Source: a virus. Taken from it: a stretch of 64,000 nt of DNA. The notes under the pieces were generated by a model. The model was not told where the DNA came from. It did no database searches and worked only from the letters and a program-made list of their open reading frames with translations. Shown here piece after piece: positions 10,036-20,143 of this stretch; the first letter of the stretch is position 1, and each line of letters opens with the position of its first letter. The translations under genes were made by a program, and so were the position numbers. The stretch is taken from IMG/VR virus record IMGVR_UViG_3300036790_000034, positions 33,492-97,491 of that record; one strand, written 5' to 3'.

Positions 10036-10398
10036 ATGAACAGGGAGACTTTCCCTTCGTCACAATCACCACTGACAGGCGACATCAGCGGTGCGGCTGG
10101 GCAAACGAACGTCACCGTTGTCGGCCTCCAGACAATTCCAATCGACCCCACACCGCCGACAGCGGAAGAGGAACTTTATTATGATGTGGGTCTGCTCGAA
10201 TGGTCTCCGCGATTGGACGCGAACCGCAGTATCACACTCGGAACATTCGCGACTGACAGCGGGGATATTATTTCACGCGGCCAAAAGCTGAGTGATGATT
10301 ACGATTTTCTCGTCAACTGCGTCGGCCTTGAAGTTCTTGTAGGCTGGACGTACGGGTTTAGTTTTCAAGTATTTTGCAACGGCACGGGGGTCGCATAA
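10036..10398 (+). CDS. Putative tail-associated protein
   Basis: LTGDISG...TVVGLQTIPI tail-fibre-like motif; AGGAG RBS. Confidence 0.45.
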   Translation: MNRETFPSSQSPLTGDISGAAGQTNVTVVGLQTIPIDPTPPTAEEELYYDVGLLEWSPRLDANRSITLGTFATDSGDIISRGQKLSDDYDFLVNCVGLEVLVGWTYGFSFQVFCNGTGVA

Positions 10399-10400
10399 CT

Positions 10401-10883
10401 ATGTCAATCAATTTAAGCAATACTACACCTGCTGCACCTTCCGGCGGTACGAACATCCTCTGGCAGAGTGATGGTTCCGGGAATGTCTCTGGCTATGTCC
10501 AATCCGCTGTTGAACTCGTCGGTGATGGCGTTGACCTCACTGCCCAGACAGCCGACATCGGCCCGAACACTCTGGTCACTACGCCGAACGGCTACTATCG
10601 CATTTCGGCCTACCTCATCGTGACAACCGTGGATGGTGCGTCCTCGACGCTCCCGAAGCTGACAATCACATGGAATGACCTCGACAACGGACAAACCCAG
10701 ACCTTTGATTTGACACCAACTATATCGGGGGCGGGTTCCAACCTGTTGACCACGTTTGAGCAATCTGATATGATTGTTTCAGCAGGAAGTTCCGCCACTC
10801 TCGACTACGCGACCTCTGGGTATGCTTCTGGCACGCCCGCGACCATGCAGTACGCGATTCACATCCGAGTCGAACAACTGTAA
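10401..10883 (+). CDS. Putative tail-associated beta-sandwich protein
   Basis: Thr/Ser-rich; GYYRISAYL strand; module position. Confidence 0.45.
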   Translation: MSINLSNTTPAAPSGGTNILWQSDGSGNVSGYVQSAVELVGDGVDLTAQTADIGPNTLVTTPNGYYRISAYLIVTTVDGASSTLPKLTITWNDLDNGQTQTFDLTPTISGAGSNLLTTFEQSDMIVSAGSSATLDYATSGYASGTPATMQYAIHIRVEQL

Positions 10884-10907
10884 TTCTATCAAATAGAATG
10901 GAGGAGC

Positions 10908-11324
10908 ATGGGCATCGAAATTCGTCCGTTCTCAGAAACGGACATCCCATCGTTGCAGGCTGCTATCGACCGCGACACAATCCATCCCGGCGAGTGGAGC
11001 GTCAGACACTTCTATGACGACCCCGAAGACCCGGATGCACTCAACATTCCTAAAGAAGTGACCACGATGTCGGACCAACACGGCCCGATTGCTTTCGTGC
11101 GTTACACGAAATCGCTCCGCATTTCTTGCATTTGGGATGACGAAAAAGATGTTCATAGAAATGCTCGGGCAATTGTCGCCGGCATTCTTGACGCAGTACA
11201 AAAAGCTAGAGCCAGTGGTTTTACGGAGATAGTCATCCAAACACAAAGTGAGAAACTTGCTATCTTTTTCGAGAAAGTTCTAAGAATGAAGCGTAGCCGG
11301 GAAGAATTTTTGCTGCAAGTATAG
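10908..11324 (+). CDS. GNAT-like protein preceding the ejection proteins
   Basis: IEIRPFSETD start; ARASGFTEIV..T..EKLA.FFEK pattern; same position as GNAT-like virion genes in podoviruses. Confidence 0.5.
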   Translation: MGIEIRPFSETDIPSLQAAIDRDTIHPGEWSVRHFYDDPEDPDALNIPKEVTTMSDQHGPIAFVRYTKSLRISCIWDDEKDVHRNARAIVAGILDAVQKARASGFTEIVIQTQSEKLAIFFEKVLRMKRSREEFLLQV

Positions 11325-11334
11325 AAAGGCTCTC

Positions 11335-11748
11335 GTGAAGAAATCGAAATGTAGCCGAGGGCATCTCCTAACAAAAGACAACCTCATCATTAACCGAAAA
11401 GGTCGCCAATGTAAGAAATGTCATCGAGTTACTCAGCAGAGGTATCGTAAAACCCAGCAAGGTGTTTGGACTTCTAAATCGCGAGAAATCCGGGATTCTG
11501 GGTGGACATTAGAAAGATACCAAGACTTTTTGCGTGTCCAAGATAATGCTTGTGCTATCTGCAAAACTCCGTTTGAGCAATTTACAAGAAATCCTTCTTG
11601 CGACCACGACCACGCGTGCATGACCCCGCGAGGGTTGTTGTGTGATGCTTGCAATCTGGGAATCGGAAAGTTCAAAGAGAACCCTCTGCTCTTAGAACTT
11701 GCGGCTCAATATTTGAAGAAGTGGAAGGTATACGATGTGCGGACCTAG
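11335..11748 (+). CDS. Endonuclease VII-family homing endonuclease
   Basis: CSRGH..CKKC; QDNACAIC; DHDH...RGLLCDACNLGIG. Confidence 0.85.
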   Translation: MKKSKCSRGHLLTKDNLIINRKGRQCKKCHRVTQQRYRKTQQGVWTSKSREIRDSGWTLERYQDFLRVQDNACAICKTPFEQFTRNPSCDHDHACMTPRGLLCDACNLGIGKFKENPLLLELAAQYLKKWKVYDVRT

Positions 11749-12751
11749 TTCAGCCCTGAAAGCTGTCAATACTCAGATACAGAATCTCGCCACGACCGTC
11801 GGTGACGAGGGCCAACAAATCTTCGGTGATGCCAGCACGGTATTCAATAAGATTACAGGTGCTCTTAACGGCATCATCAGCGGTGGACCCGGCCAGAATG
11901 GATGGAGTGCTTCGGAGAACGCGGCACGTACCGCAGCAACAGTTCAGGCGGGGGCTACGGAAGCACGTAACCTCAAAGGTGCAGCGGCCTCGTCGGTCGC
12001 GGCCATTGGTGGCGGTAACACAGTCGCTCCCGCAGGCAGCACCCAGCAGATTGTCCAGAATGCCAACATTCAAGCGGCGTCTGATACCGCAGCGGGCCTC
12101 AACCAAAATCAAATCGCCAACGCTGAAGCAGGACGTTCGGAATTTAATACCGCCGTCCAGCAAGAAGAAGGTGCGACCCAGATGTTCAATCCGGCGACTT
12201 CGGCAAATCAAGTATCTGTCGGTGCCAACCAGTCAGCATTCCAGTCTCAATCCCAGATGGATACCCAAAGTAATTGGGCGATGAACGACATCATGAAACT
12301 CGGTGTCGCGGGCGTTCAAGGTCTCGGAACCGCGATGTGTCCGGCTGAGGGTAGCAAGTATCTCATGGCCGACTACATGGAACTCCCGGTCGAAACGCTC
12401 AACGTTGGCGACCGCATTCTCGGTATCGACGGTCTGCCAGAAACGATTCTGGAAATCCAGTCTTCGCTCATGCCGATTGTTCGAGTCGAAACGGAAGACG
12501 GTCATGTCTCGCGAAGTTCGAGGGTTCACGCCTTTGCACTTCCTCATGGCGGATTCGTTGTCGCAACGGACTCGATGAGCAAGACGATTCGTACCTCGCT
12601 CGGCAAGAGCAAGGTCATCAACATCAAGTTTGACGGCATGGCACGCGTATTCAACGTCATCACTGACGGGTCACACACTTATCGGGCTGACGGAATTTGG
12701 GCCTTGGGTGTGGGCGAAGCCGAACGTAAGACGATGGCACAGGGAGCATAA
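11735..12751 (+). CDS. Putative DNA-ejection (internal virion) protein with a C-terminal Hint domain
   Basis: Ala/Gln/Gly-rich helical N-terminus. Hint blocks: CPAEGS..LMAD...PVE.L.VGD.I, SRVH, VFNV.TDGSHTY.ADGI. Confidence 0.75.
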   Translation: MCGPSSALKAVNTQIQNLATTVGDEGQQIFGDASTVFNKITGALNGIISGGPGQNGWSASENAARTAATVQAGATEARNLKGAAASSVAAIGGGNTVAPAGSTQQIVQNANIQAASDTAAGLNQNQIANAEAGRSEFNTAVQQEEGATQMFNPATSANQVSVGANQSAFQSQSQMDTQSNWAMNDIMKLGVAGVQGLGTAMCPAEGSKYLMADYMELPVETLNVGDRILGIDGLPETILEIQSSLMPIVRVETEDGHVSRSSRVHAFALPHGGFVVATDSMSKTIRTSLGKSKVINIKFDGMARVFNVITDGSHTYRADGIWALGVGEAERKTMAQGA

Positions 12752-12752
12752 G

Positions 12753-15071
12753 ATGACTGTCGAACAAAACGCACCACAGCAGCCAAACGCAATGGGCGGG
12801 GCATCGACCACAACGTCGGATGTCAACGACCAACTACAGCCACGCACGCCTGACCAGTTGACTGCCGGGACATCCCCCGACCAGAAGACAGCGGGCACTC
12901 CCGACGTAACGCAGGCTGCTGCGGTCAAGCAGAATCAGACTGACGGTGGGAAGAATCTTCCTCCGGCAGCCGCTCCTACGCAGGACAAACCACATCCGGT
13001 CAGCCGCATCTTCGACAGCATTCTGAAGACGATGACAGGCGGGCCTGTGATGTACACGGCTCCCGATGGCTCCCGCAAGGAAGCCCCTCAGAGTCGCGGA
13101 GCGATGGGCAAGGCGATTGTCGCCGCTGCTCTCGCGGGACTTTTCACGCCGACGCAATATCGCGAAGGTGCATTCGGTTCCAAGGTCGAAGATTTCGGTG
13201 CGACCGCAGCCGGAGCAGCCGGAGCGGGCAAAGGCGTGATGCAGGAGTTCCGCAACAAGCCTCAGCAGATTTCTGATGAGCAGCAAGCGAAGCATCTCCA
13301 GACTGTGCTCAACACGACTAACCTCGCGACCACGATGGCCGCAAGTACGATTCAGAAACACAACGCTTTGGATGCGATGGTCAAGAGTTCGACTCCTCTG
13401 CTCGACAGCATCCGAGATTATGAGAAGACTCGCGTTGACAATCAGCCACAGGCTTTGATTCAAGGTGACATGACCCACGAGGAAGCCCTCGCGAAGTTGA
13501 AGGGTCACACAGGCGAGTGGACCGCAGTTCTTTCGGGAACTAAGGCTACTCTCAATCCTGAGACGGGTGAGACTGAAGAACACCCTGTCTACTCAGTCGT
13601 CAACCCGCACGTCAAGGTTCCTTTGAACGAGGAAGCTGTCAAGTTGTATTCGACAGTCAATCCGACTTACAAAGGTGCGTGGGAAGCGACGAATGGGAAG
13701 GTTGAAGTTCCGTTGAACATGGCTGTGTCCGCACAGAACCTTGTCAATGAATCTCACGTTCTCCAAGCGTTCGCTAACAGCGACGAAATGAAGTCCGCAT
13801 TCCCGAAGGTGAAGCCTGCGAACATCGCGGCTGTCATGAGCGGGCCGGACGGCAAACGCGTTGCTCAAGCACTCGACACGACTCGCGATGCTATCGCAGC
13901 GGGTGCCCCGGCGTACCAGACGTTGAACGCATTACAGCAGGCTCCCGGTGGACGCACGCTGATGCAGGCTCTCGGACTCGACCCCGGTCAAGTCAACGAG
14001 TACGTCAAAGACCAAACGAACAAAGCCATTCGCGAACAAGCACTCGCGAAAGAAGGCGGCGTAGGCGACAAGGCTCCAGTGTCCGCAGCACAGCAACAGA
14101 CCCTCCAGTCGGCCATCAACAAAGTTGAAGACCCGACAGAGCATCAGACACTCTCGGCTCTTATCCCGCCCGACCGTCCGTTGACGATGGGCGAGTTCCA
14201 AAAGGTCGGAAACGAATTGCGTCAGACAGTCCAACGTCTGCACGAAGATAAATTGAAGACGGGTGACCCAGCGGTCCTCCAGTCTGAAGCTGATAGCATG
14301 TTGAATGGCAATGTGTCGAATCCAAAAGACCTCGCAACAATCCGGTCTGGCGGAGCACGTACGCTGATTGACAGCTTGCTCCAGAAGGGTGCTGAAGCAC
14401 GCGGCCTGAATCCTGTGAACCATACGTTCGCAACTCAGGAAGCAAAGGCTCGGGCCTTCGCAGAGTACAGTGACCCACAGAGCAAGATTGGTGCTCAGTT
14501 GAGTTCGTTCGATACCCTGATGCGACACACCGCAGAAGGTCTTGACGCGAACGAGAATTGGGTCCGGTCGGGTTCTCCTCTCATCAACGAGAAGTTGAAC
14601 TGGCTGGCAGAGAACGCGACGAACGACCAAGACTATCAGACGTTCCGCGACACCATCATCGCTCCGGCGAAAGAGTACATGAACTTCCTGAATCAGAATC
14701 GTGCAGAACACGATTCTGACATCAAGGCAATGGACGGTATTCTCGGACCTAACGCAACTGCAAAGTCCGCACTCACGGCACTTCGGGTCATCACACAAAC
14801 CGCTGATGCTCGTGCAGCGGGTCTCGGTCAAAAGTATCTCAACACGGTCAAGAACAACTACGAAGGACTCATCTCTCCGGTCGCTCTGCAAGTCATGCAG
14901 AAGTTCGGAATCAAGAGTCAATCGGGTCCGTTGTCCGTGCAGTTGCCGCGTGGCTGGCAGGGCAACTCAGCATCGCCTCTTACGCCCCAAGCGTTGGATT
15001 CGTTCTGGGAAGCATCTGGTCACAACAAGCAATACGCGATGGACCTCGCAAAAGAAAACGGCTGGCGATAA
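12753..15071 (+). CDS. Putative ejection / internal virion protein
   Basis: About 770 aa, Ala/Gln-rich and helical, Cys-free from ATG 12753; lies between the other ejection genes. Confidence 0.6.
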   Translation: MTVEQNAPQQPNAMGGASTTTSDVNDQLQPRTPDQLTAGTSPDQKTAGTPDVTQAAAVKQNQTDGGKNLPPAAAPTQDKPHPVSRIFDSILKTMTGGPVMYTAPDGSRKEAPQSRGAMGKAIVAAALAGLFTPTQYREGAFGSKVEDFGATAAGAAGAGKGVMQEFRNKPQQISDEQQAKHLQTVLNTTNLATTMAASTIQKHNALDAMVKSSTPLLDSIRDYEKTRVDNQPQALIQGDMTHEEALAKLKGHTGEWTAVLSGTKATLNPETGETEEHPVYSVVNPHVKVPLNEEAVKLYSTVNPTYKGAWEATNGKVEVPLNMAVSAQNLVNESHVLQAFANSDEMKSAFPKVKPANIAAVMSGPDGKRVAQALDTTRDAIAAGAPAYQTLNALQQAPGGRTLMQALGLDPGQVNEYVKDQTNKAIREQALAKEGGVGDKAPVSAAQQQTLQSAINKVEDPTEHQTLSALIPPDRPLTMGEFQKVGNELRQTVQRLHEDKLKTGDPAVLQSEADSMLNGNVSNPKDLATIRSGGARTLIDSLLQKGAEARGLNPVNHTFATQEAKARAFAEYSDPQSKIGAQLSSFDTLMRHTAEGLDANENWVRSGSPLINEKLNWLAENATNDQDYQTFRDTIIAPAKEYMNFLNQNRAEHDSDIKAMDGILGPNATAKSALTALRVITQTADARAAGLGQKYLNTVKNNYEGLISPVALQVMQKFGIKSQSGPLSVQLPRGWQGNSASPLTPQALDSFWEASGHNKQYAMDLAKENGWR

Positions 15072-15086
15072 CAGAAAGGGTAGCAC

Positions 15087-18000
15087 ATGGAAAGCATGTT
15101 CCAACAGAAGGAAGACCAGAGCAAGCAACCACCAACTCAACCCAATGCTACCCCTGCTCCGGCCCCAACTCCGGCTGCGGCGGCTCCTGCTGCCCAGCCT
15201 AATCCTGCCGCTGGCGGGATGGACGCCATGTTTAGCCAGAAGGAAAAATCTGAGAACCCGCCTGCTGTAGCTGCGGGTGCAACTCAGCACACCGCGAACG
15301 AGGACAACTCCGCAGCGGCGAAAGAACTCGCAAGCAAACAGGGTGCCGCAAAACACGGCATCCTTGCTCGTGCATGGGATTGGGTCAACGAACCTATTCT
15401 CGACAACGTTCTTCCTGAAGGTGTGAAGACCGCTGACATCATCAAGGGTGCAGCGTTTGAGAAGATGTACAACGAAGCGTACATCCCCGGCGTCAACGAT
15501 TTCAACACGAAGGCAGCAACTCACTTCGAGCCTGCTGAGAAGGCTCTGTCGGCTCTCGGGCCACAGGAGAAAGACGGAGCAATCAAACGAAACATTCGCC
15601 AGTTTCTCATCGACCACGCGTCTTCACTCGACGCGGCTGCGAACGCAGGCAATACGTTCGTTGCTGGTGCGACACGAGATACGGCGGACATGGGAGCGGG
15701 ATTCACTTCGCCTCTATCTCTTGGTACACTCGGACTCGGTAAGGCGGGACGTGTTGGCAAGGTGCTGGCTCCGCTCGTCGGAACCGCATTCGGCCTGCAA
15801 GGTCTCGGTCAAGCGGGTGAGGGTGCCCAGAAACTCGCACGTACAACGACGTGGGAGAATTTGAAGCACGGATACCTCGACCCAGATGCAGTTCAAGAAA
15901 TGCTCGGTGGGGCTGGACAAGCGGCATTGGCAGGTACGGCTCCTGTTCATGGGGCTGGCGACCTCGTCGATTTCGCTAAAGGGAAAGCACGTCCGGTCAT
16001 GTCTACGGTCGGCGGACAAGAAGTCCCTGTTCGTGCATCCGGCACTGTTGCGGAAGCAGTTCAGAAAGGCGTGTCGCCGGAAGTCAATCAGGCCGCGACT
16101 GCGAAGACACAAGCCGCAGTTCAGGAGGGTGTTGGCAACGTCGTTGGTGAAGGCGTCGGTTCTAAAGCCCCGACGAAGATTGCAGGACAAGACCGTCTCG
16201 GCATTCGTGCTCACGCAGCCGACCTCAAAGAAGCTGCGACTGACGCGATGGATGAACTCAATCGTCTCAGCAACGGTGATTACGAAGACGCTAAGGACAT
16301 GATGGAGAAGTCGAAACGCGACTTCACTACCAAGGGTCGTGAGGACTTCACCACTGCACAAGGACTCCACGACGACATCATCGACCAACATCGCGAAGCA
16401 ATGGCGAACGCTGGGTACGATGTCGATGAGATGAAGGCAAATTATCGCAAAGCTATTGCTCTCGAAAAGATTGCCTCTCGCATGGACACAGCCACAGGTC
16501 CGTTGGAAGGTGGGACAGGATATGAAGTCAAGGGTGAACGTCTTGCGAAAATTATCGACGACATGCGACGGGTTCCCGGCAACGAAAATCCCTCGCTCTC
16601 GAAGAACCTCTTCGAGCGTGCTGGGCTGACCGAGGACCACATCAACGCGTTGGCTGACCTCGCGGATACTCTCCGTGACCAGCAAGAGATTCCGAAGTTC
16701 GGGTCTCTGACCAAGTTGGCTGCGAAGGCAATCTCTATCGCGGCGACGACACACATCGCCGGAGCCTCCGGCTTGTCTGGACTCTTCGAGGGTCTTGCGG
16801 GCGAGAAGGCGGGCGAGGTTGTCGGCAGCAAGGTCATGACCAAACTGTTCGGTGACGCTCTGACCTCAGAGCCGTTGGCGAAGGAACTCAACCAGAAATT
16901 GAAAGGCGGTGTCGCGGCCTTGAGCACTTGGGATAAATTCCAGAGTGCCGTGAAGGACGCGTACGCAAAAGCCAAGAGCGTAGACCTCGGCGGTGAAGAA
17001 GGTGCCGTAGGTGCCAACGTCACACGTCGGAATGTCGGTGAGCCACAGACGGGGAAATTCTCCCGTGGTGCCCAGCCCGTCAATGACACGCCGATGAAGG
17101 ACATGGAAGTTAAGAAACGCGAGAACGGCGATTGGGAATTCAATCACCCGAATGGCACAAGCCAGATGGTGTTGCACCCAGAGCCGGACACGCGACCGGG
17201 ATATGAAGGTAAGACTCAGCTTCGCCAGACGGGAATCTCCGCTGTCGATGCTCCCGGTGCAGGTCAACAGATGATGGACGATGCCGTTGCTCGGATGAAG
17301 AATCTCGACAACGTCAGTCGCGTCGTCTCGGACCACCCTGACCTCCGGTCGCCGGAGAACGAAGGGCATTGGTCAAAACTCGCTCGACGCGGTCACAACG
17401 TCGAAACAGAGCCAGCGATGGATAGCGACGGCAAGCCGTTCACTGGTCCGAATGGAGAAGAGGGTAAAGCCTACTCCATCTCGAACGAGGACAACGGAGC
17501 CAGTCAAGTCGCGGCTCACGAAGAAAAGGGTGGTTCGACGTTCGACTCTAAAGGTCGCAACCTCGATGGCTCGGACAAGTATACCGTAGCTACACACCCC
17601 GAACGCACTCAGGTAGTCGATGGGAAGTTGACGCCCGAACGTCTTCGTCAATTTAAGACTTTGAATGCGGACCTTCTGAATCAGGAAGGCTACGGCATCG
17701 GGACTTGGGATGATACGGACTCAGGCAAAACGACTCTCGACATCGTGAAGTTGTTCGACGACCGTAAGGACGCGGTTCAAGCTGGAAAGTCAGCGAACCA
17801 GAAAGCAATTTATCATCTCGGTGGTGAAGGTGAAATTCCGACGGGCGGAACGGATAAGGTTCCCGGCTCGGTCGCGGATGCTGGAGCACGTTATAACAAA
17901 TCAGTCGGCAAGAACCCAGAGATTGACAACACGAAAGTGGGTGTTGACTCTCGGGCGAATGCTATCGCTGACGCGTATGACGCGTTGAAGCACAACCCTA

Positions 18001-19877
18001 ACGACCCCAAGGTGAAGGCAGCATACGACGCACTCATCAAAGAGACGAAGGCTCAGTGGAACGCGTTGAAAGACGCGGGTTATAAGTTGGAGCCGACGGC
18101 CCAAGACCCTTACAAGGGTTATGAAGAGATGCGTGATGACATCAACCAGAACAAGCGAATCAAGGTGTGGACGGGCGGACAACCTCCGGCTGACCATCCT
18201 CTGTCGGCGGTAGACCCGGAGACGGGCCTGACGCACAACACGCTGTTCCGTGCGGTTCATGACATCATGGGTCACGTCGCGGGAGACAACGACTTCTCGC
18301 AAGCCGGAGAAGAGAATGCCTATCAGCGTCACGCACAGTCTTACAGCAAAGAAGCACTCCCGGCTCTGACTACAGAGACCAAGGGTCAAACCTCGAACTT
18401 CTTCAACAGTAGTAAGGTTCGTTCGGGTGCGGCCCCGGATTTCGCAGAACAGAAAGCTGGACTGCTCCCCGATAAGTTCAACGGGCCTCAGCAATCTGCG
18501 ACGGCTGAGAGTAGTGAAATCGCAACGCGTCGTCCGACATCAAAGAAAACTGATGTGACGAACGCTCCCGGCCAACACGCAGATATGGCCGGAGTAGAAG
18601 CCGCGACCAAGGCCAACCCCGGTGGGGGTGGGAAACTTGGATACGCGGAGAAGTTGGCACGAACTGTCGCGAAGTACACAGGGATTGAATTCTCGGAAGA
18701 AGACCTCCAGAATCCGCAGAAGGTGATGGAGAAATTCATCAACCACATGACGGACAATCTCGTGTCGCTGCACGATTCGATGCCGGAGCCAATGCGTCAG
18801 CTTGCTCGTCAGTGGTACGATACTGCGAACACGATGGCAAAGCAGATGGCTCAGAAGCACGGGGTCACACCTGAGCAGTCAGCCGGAGTCTTGGCAGCGT
18901 TGTCCCCACAGAACGCGTGGGACAACAACGTCGCACTGGCCGACCGCGTCATGGACACCTACAAGAATCGCCAGAACTTTGAGTACTCTCCGAAGATGGA
19001 AGCCCAAGCAGCGAAGATTAAGCAAGGGCAACTGTCGCGGGCGGCTCAAGGGATGTTGAAAGACATCCACGGCAAGACGCTGAGTGAGATTGATGCCCAG
19101 CAGATGCCGGAGCGATTCGCAAAGAAATGGGGTGATGAAGCGGACCAAAAGTGGGCGAACGTCAAAAAGGCTCAACAGGCGATGTGGGTTCGGTTGTACG
19201 ACGAAGCACACAATTCTCCTCAGAACCCGATGTTCCACCCGAACGGCGACATAGTTGGAATGTCACCCAACTCTCGTTCGTGGATTGGTCTCGACCGCGT
19301 AGCGAAGTCTCTCCGCATCCTTGACAATGGCAGCGTCGATAACATCAACGCAGTCATGGGGGACGGAAACAAGATTCGCAACTTCTACAACAACATCATC
19401 AATCCCGATTCACCCAACGGGCACACGACGATTGATACGCCCGCAGTTGGTGCGGCTCACTTCCAGCCGTTCTCCGGCGACGATGCTGAAGTTCAACACA
19501 ACTTCGGCAACTCTCCAAAAGGAATCGCTGGTGCCCCGAAGCACGCAGGAACAGGAATGCGTGGGACGTATCCGCTTTATGCGGAGGCGTACAAGCGTGC
19601 GGCTGCGAAGCTGGGCCTCCAGCCCCGCGAATTGCAGTCAATCACTTGGGAAGGGATTCGGTCGCTGATGGGCGACGAGAAAAAGACTCCAGCGTTGAAA
19701 GCCTTCGCCCGCGAAACGTGGGATAAGGTTCAAACAAAAGAGTTGACACCGCAGCAGGCTCGTGATTTAATTATCGAGAAGGCTGGCGGATTCTCAAAAC
19801 CGTCTTGGATGACCGATGAGCAATGGGATGAGGCTATGGGTACAGGCTTCAACCCAGAGGAGTTCAACCATGAGTAA
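15087..19877 (+). CDS. Large polyvalent ejection protein (GNAT-like, GxW/QxAI, FRAVHDxxGH and DUF7178-like domains)
   Basis: 1596 aa, last gene of the ejection cluster; several recognisable enzymatic modules in the C-terminal half. Confidence 0.7.
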   Translation: MESMFQQKEDQSKQPPTQPNATPAPAPTPAAAAPAAQPNPAAGGMDAMFSQKEKSENPPAVAAGATQHTANEDNSAAAKELASKQGAAKHGILARAWDWVNEPILDNVLPEGVKTADIIKGAAFEKMYNEAYIPGVNDFNTKAATHFEPAEKALSALGPQEKDGAIKRNIRQFLIDHASSLDAAANAGNTFVAGATRDTADMGAGFTSPLSLGTLGLGKAGRVGKVLAPLVGTAFGLQGLGQAGEGAQKLARTTTWENLKHGYLDPDAVQEMLGGAGQAALAGTAPVHGAGDLVDFAKGKARPVMSTVGGQEVPVRASGTVAEAVQKGVSPEVNQAATAKTQAAVQEGVGNVVGEGVGSKAPTKIAGQDRLGIRAHAADLKEAATDAMDELNRLSNGDYEDAKDMMEKSKRDFTTKGREDFTTAQGLHDDIIDQHREAMANAGYDVDEMKANYRKAIALEKIASRMDTATGPLEGGTGYEVKGERLAKIIDDMRRVPGNENPSLSKNLFERAGLTEDHINALADLADTLRDQQEIPKFGSLTKLAAKAISIAATTHIAGASGLSGLFEGLAGEKAGEVVGSKVMTKLFGDALTSEPLAKELNQKLKGGVAALSTWDKFQSAVKDAYAKAKSVDLGGEEGAVGANVTRRNVGEPQTGKFSRGAQPVNDTPMKDMEVKKRENGDWEFNHPNGTSQMVLHPEPDTRPGYEGKTQLRQTGISAVDAPGAGQQMMDDAVARMKNLDNVSRVVSDHPDLRSPENEGHWSKLARRGHNVETEPAMDSDGKPFTGPNGEEGKAYSISNEDNGASQVAAHEEKGGSTFDSKGRNLDGSDKYTVATHPERTQVVDGKLTPERLRQFKTLNADLLNQEGYGIGTWDDTDSGKTTLDIVKLFDDRKDAVQAGKSANQKAIYHLGGEGEIPTGGTDKVPGSVADAGARYNKSVGKNPEIDNTKVGVDSRANAIADAYDALKHNPNDPKVKAAYDALIKETKAQWNALKDAGYKLEPTAQDPYKGYEEMRDDINQNKRIKVWTGGQPPADHPLSAVDPETGLTHNTLFRAVHDIMGHVAGDNDFSQAGEENAYQRHAQSYSKEALPALTTETKGQTSNFFNSSKVRSGAAPDFAEQKAGLLPDKFNGPQQSATAESSEIATRRPTSKKTDVTNAPGQHADMAGVEAATKANPGGGGKLGYAEKLARTVAKYTGIEFSEEDLQNPQKVMEKFINHMTDNLVSLHDSMPEPMRQLARQWYDTANTMAKQMAQKHGVTPEQSAGVLAALSPQNAWDNNVALADRVMDTYKNRQNFEYSPKMEAQAAKIKQGQLSRAAQGMLKDIHGKTLSEIDAQQMPERFAKKWGDEADQKWANVKKAQQAMWVRLYDEAHNSPQNPMFHPNGDIVGMSPNSRSWIGLDRVAKSLRILDNGSVDNINAVMGDGNKIRNFYNNIINPDSPNGHTTIDTPAVGAAHFQPFSGDDAEVQHNFGNSPKGIAGAPKHAGTGMRGTYPLYAEAYKRAAAKLGLQPRELQSITWEGIRSLMGDEKKTPALKAFARETWDKVQTKELTPQQARDLIIEKAGGFSKPSWMTDEQWDEAMGTGFNPEEFNHE

Positions 19878-20085
19878 CGCGATTCTCGATGTCATGGATT
19901 ATTACGGTGATGCCATGACCCGCGACAACTATCTGAAGACAGCCTACCCCGGCAAACCGCCGAGTAAGCTGGACAACGAGAGCGAAGCGGAACTCCCACA
20001 GGACGACATCCGGTTCATGGCCCACCGACCCGTGACCCACGAGGAAGAAGTTGCCGAAGCAGCGGCAAAGACCTCGAAGAAATAG
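19870..20085 (+). CDS. Hypothetical protein
   Basis: GAGGAG RBS; overlaps the stop of the upstream gene. Confidence 0.6.
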   Translation: MSNAILDVMDYYGDAMTRDNYLKTAYPGKPPSKLDNESEAELPQDDIRFMAHRPVTHEEEVAEAAAKTSKK

Positions 20086-20092
20086 CGAAGGG

Positions 20093-20122
20093 TTGACATC
20101 CGTCAGCCCTTCGTGGTAGACT
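20093..20122 (+). promoter_or_regulatory. Sigma70-like promoter of the lysis cassette, overlapping an inverted repeat
   Basis: TTGACA-18 nt-TAGACT with a TG extension; inverted repeat CGAAGGGTTGAC / GTCAGCCCTTCG. Confidence 0.55.
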
Positions 20123-20143
20123 TGTCAAAGAGGACTCCCAGAC

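Noticed and set aside
12338-12709. Canonical splicing intein
   Set aside because: It lacks the terminal His-Asn and the +1 nucleophile and has almost no C-extein; kept as a Hint cleavage domain.
13932-17143. Long antisense ORFs opposite the ejection genes
   Set aside because: Shadow frames expected from GC-rich codon bias; no RBS or motifs.
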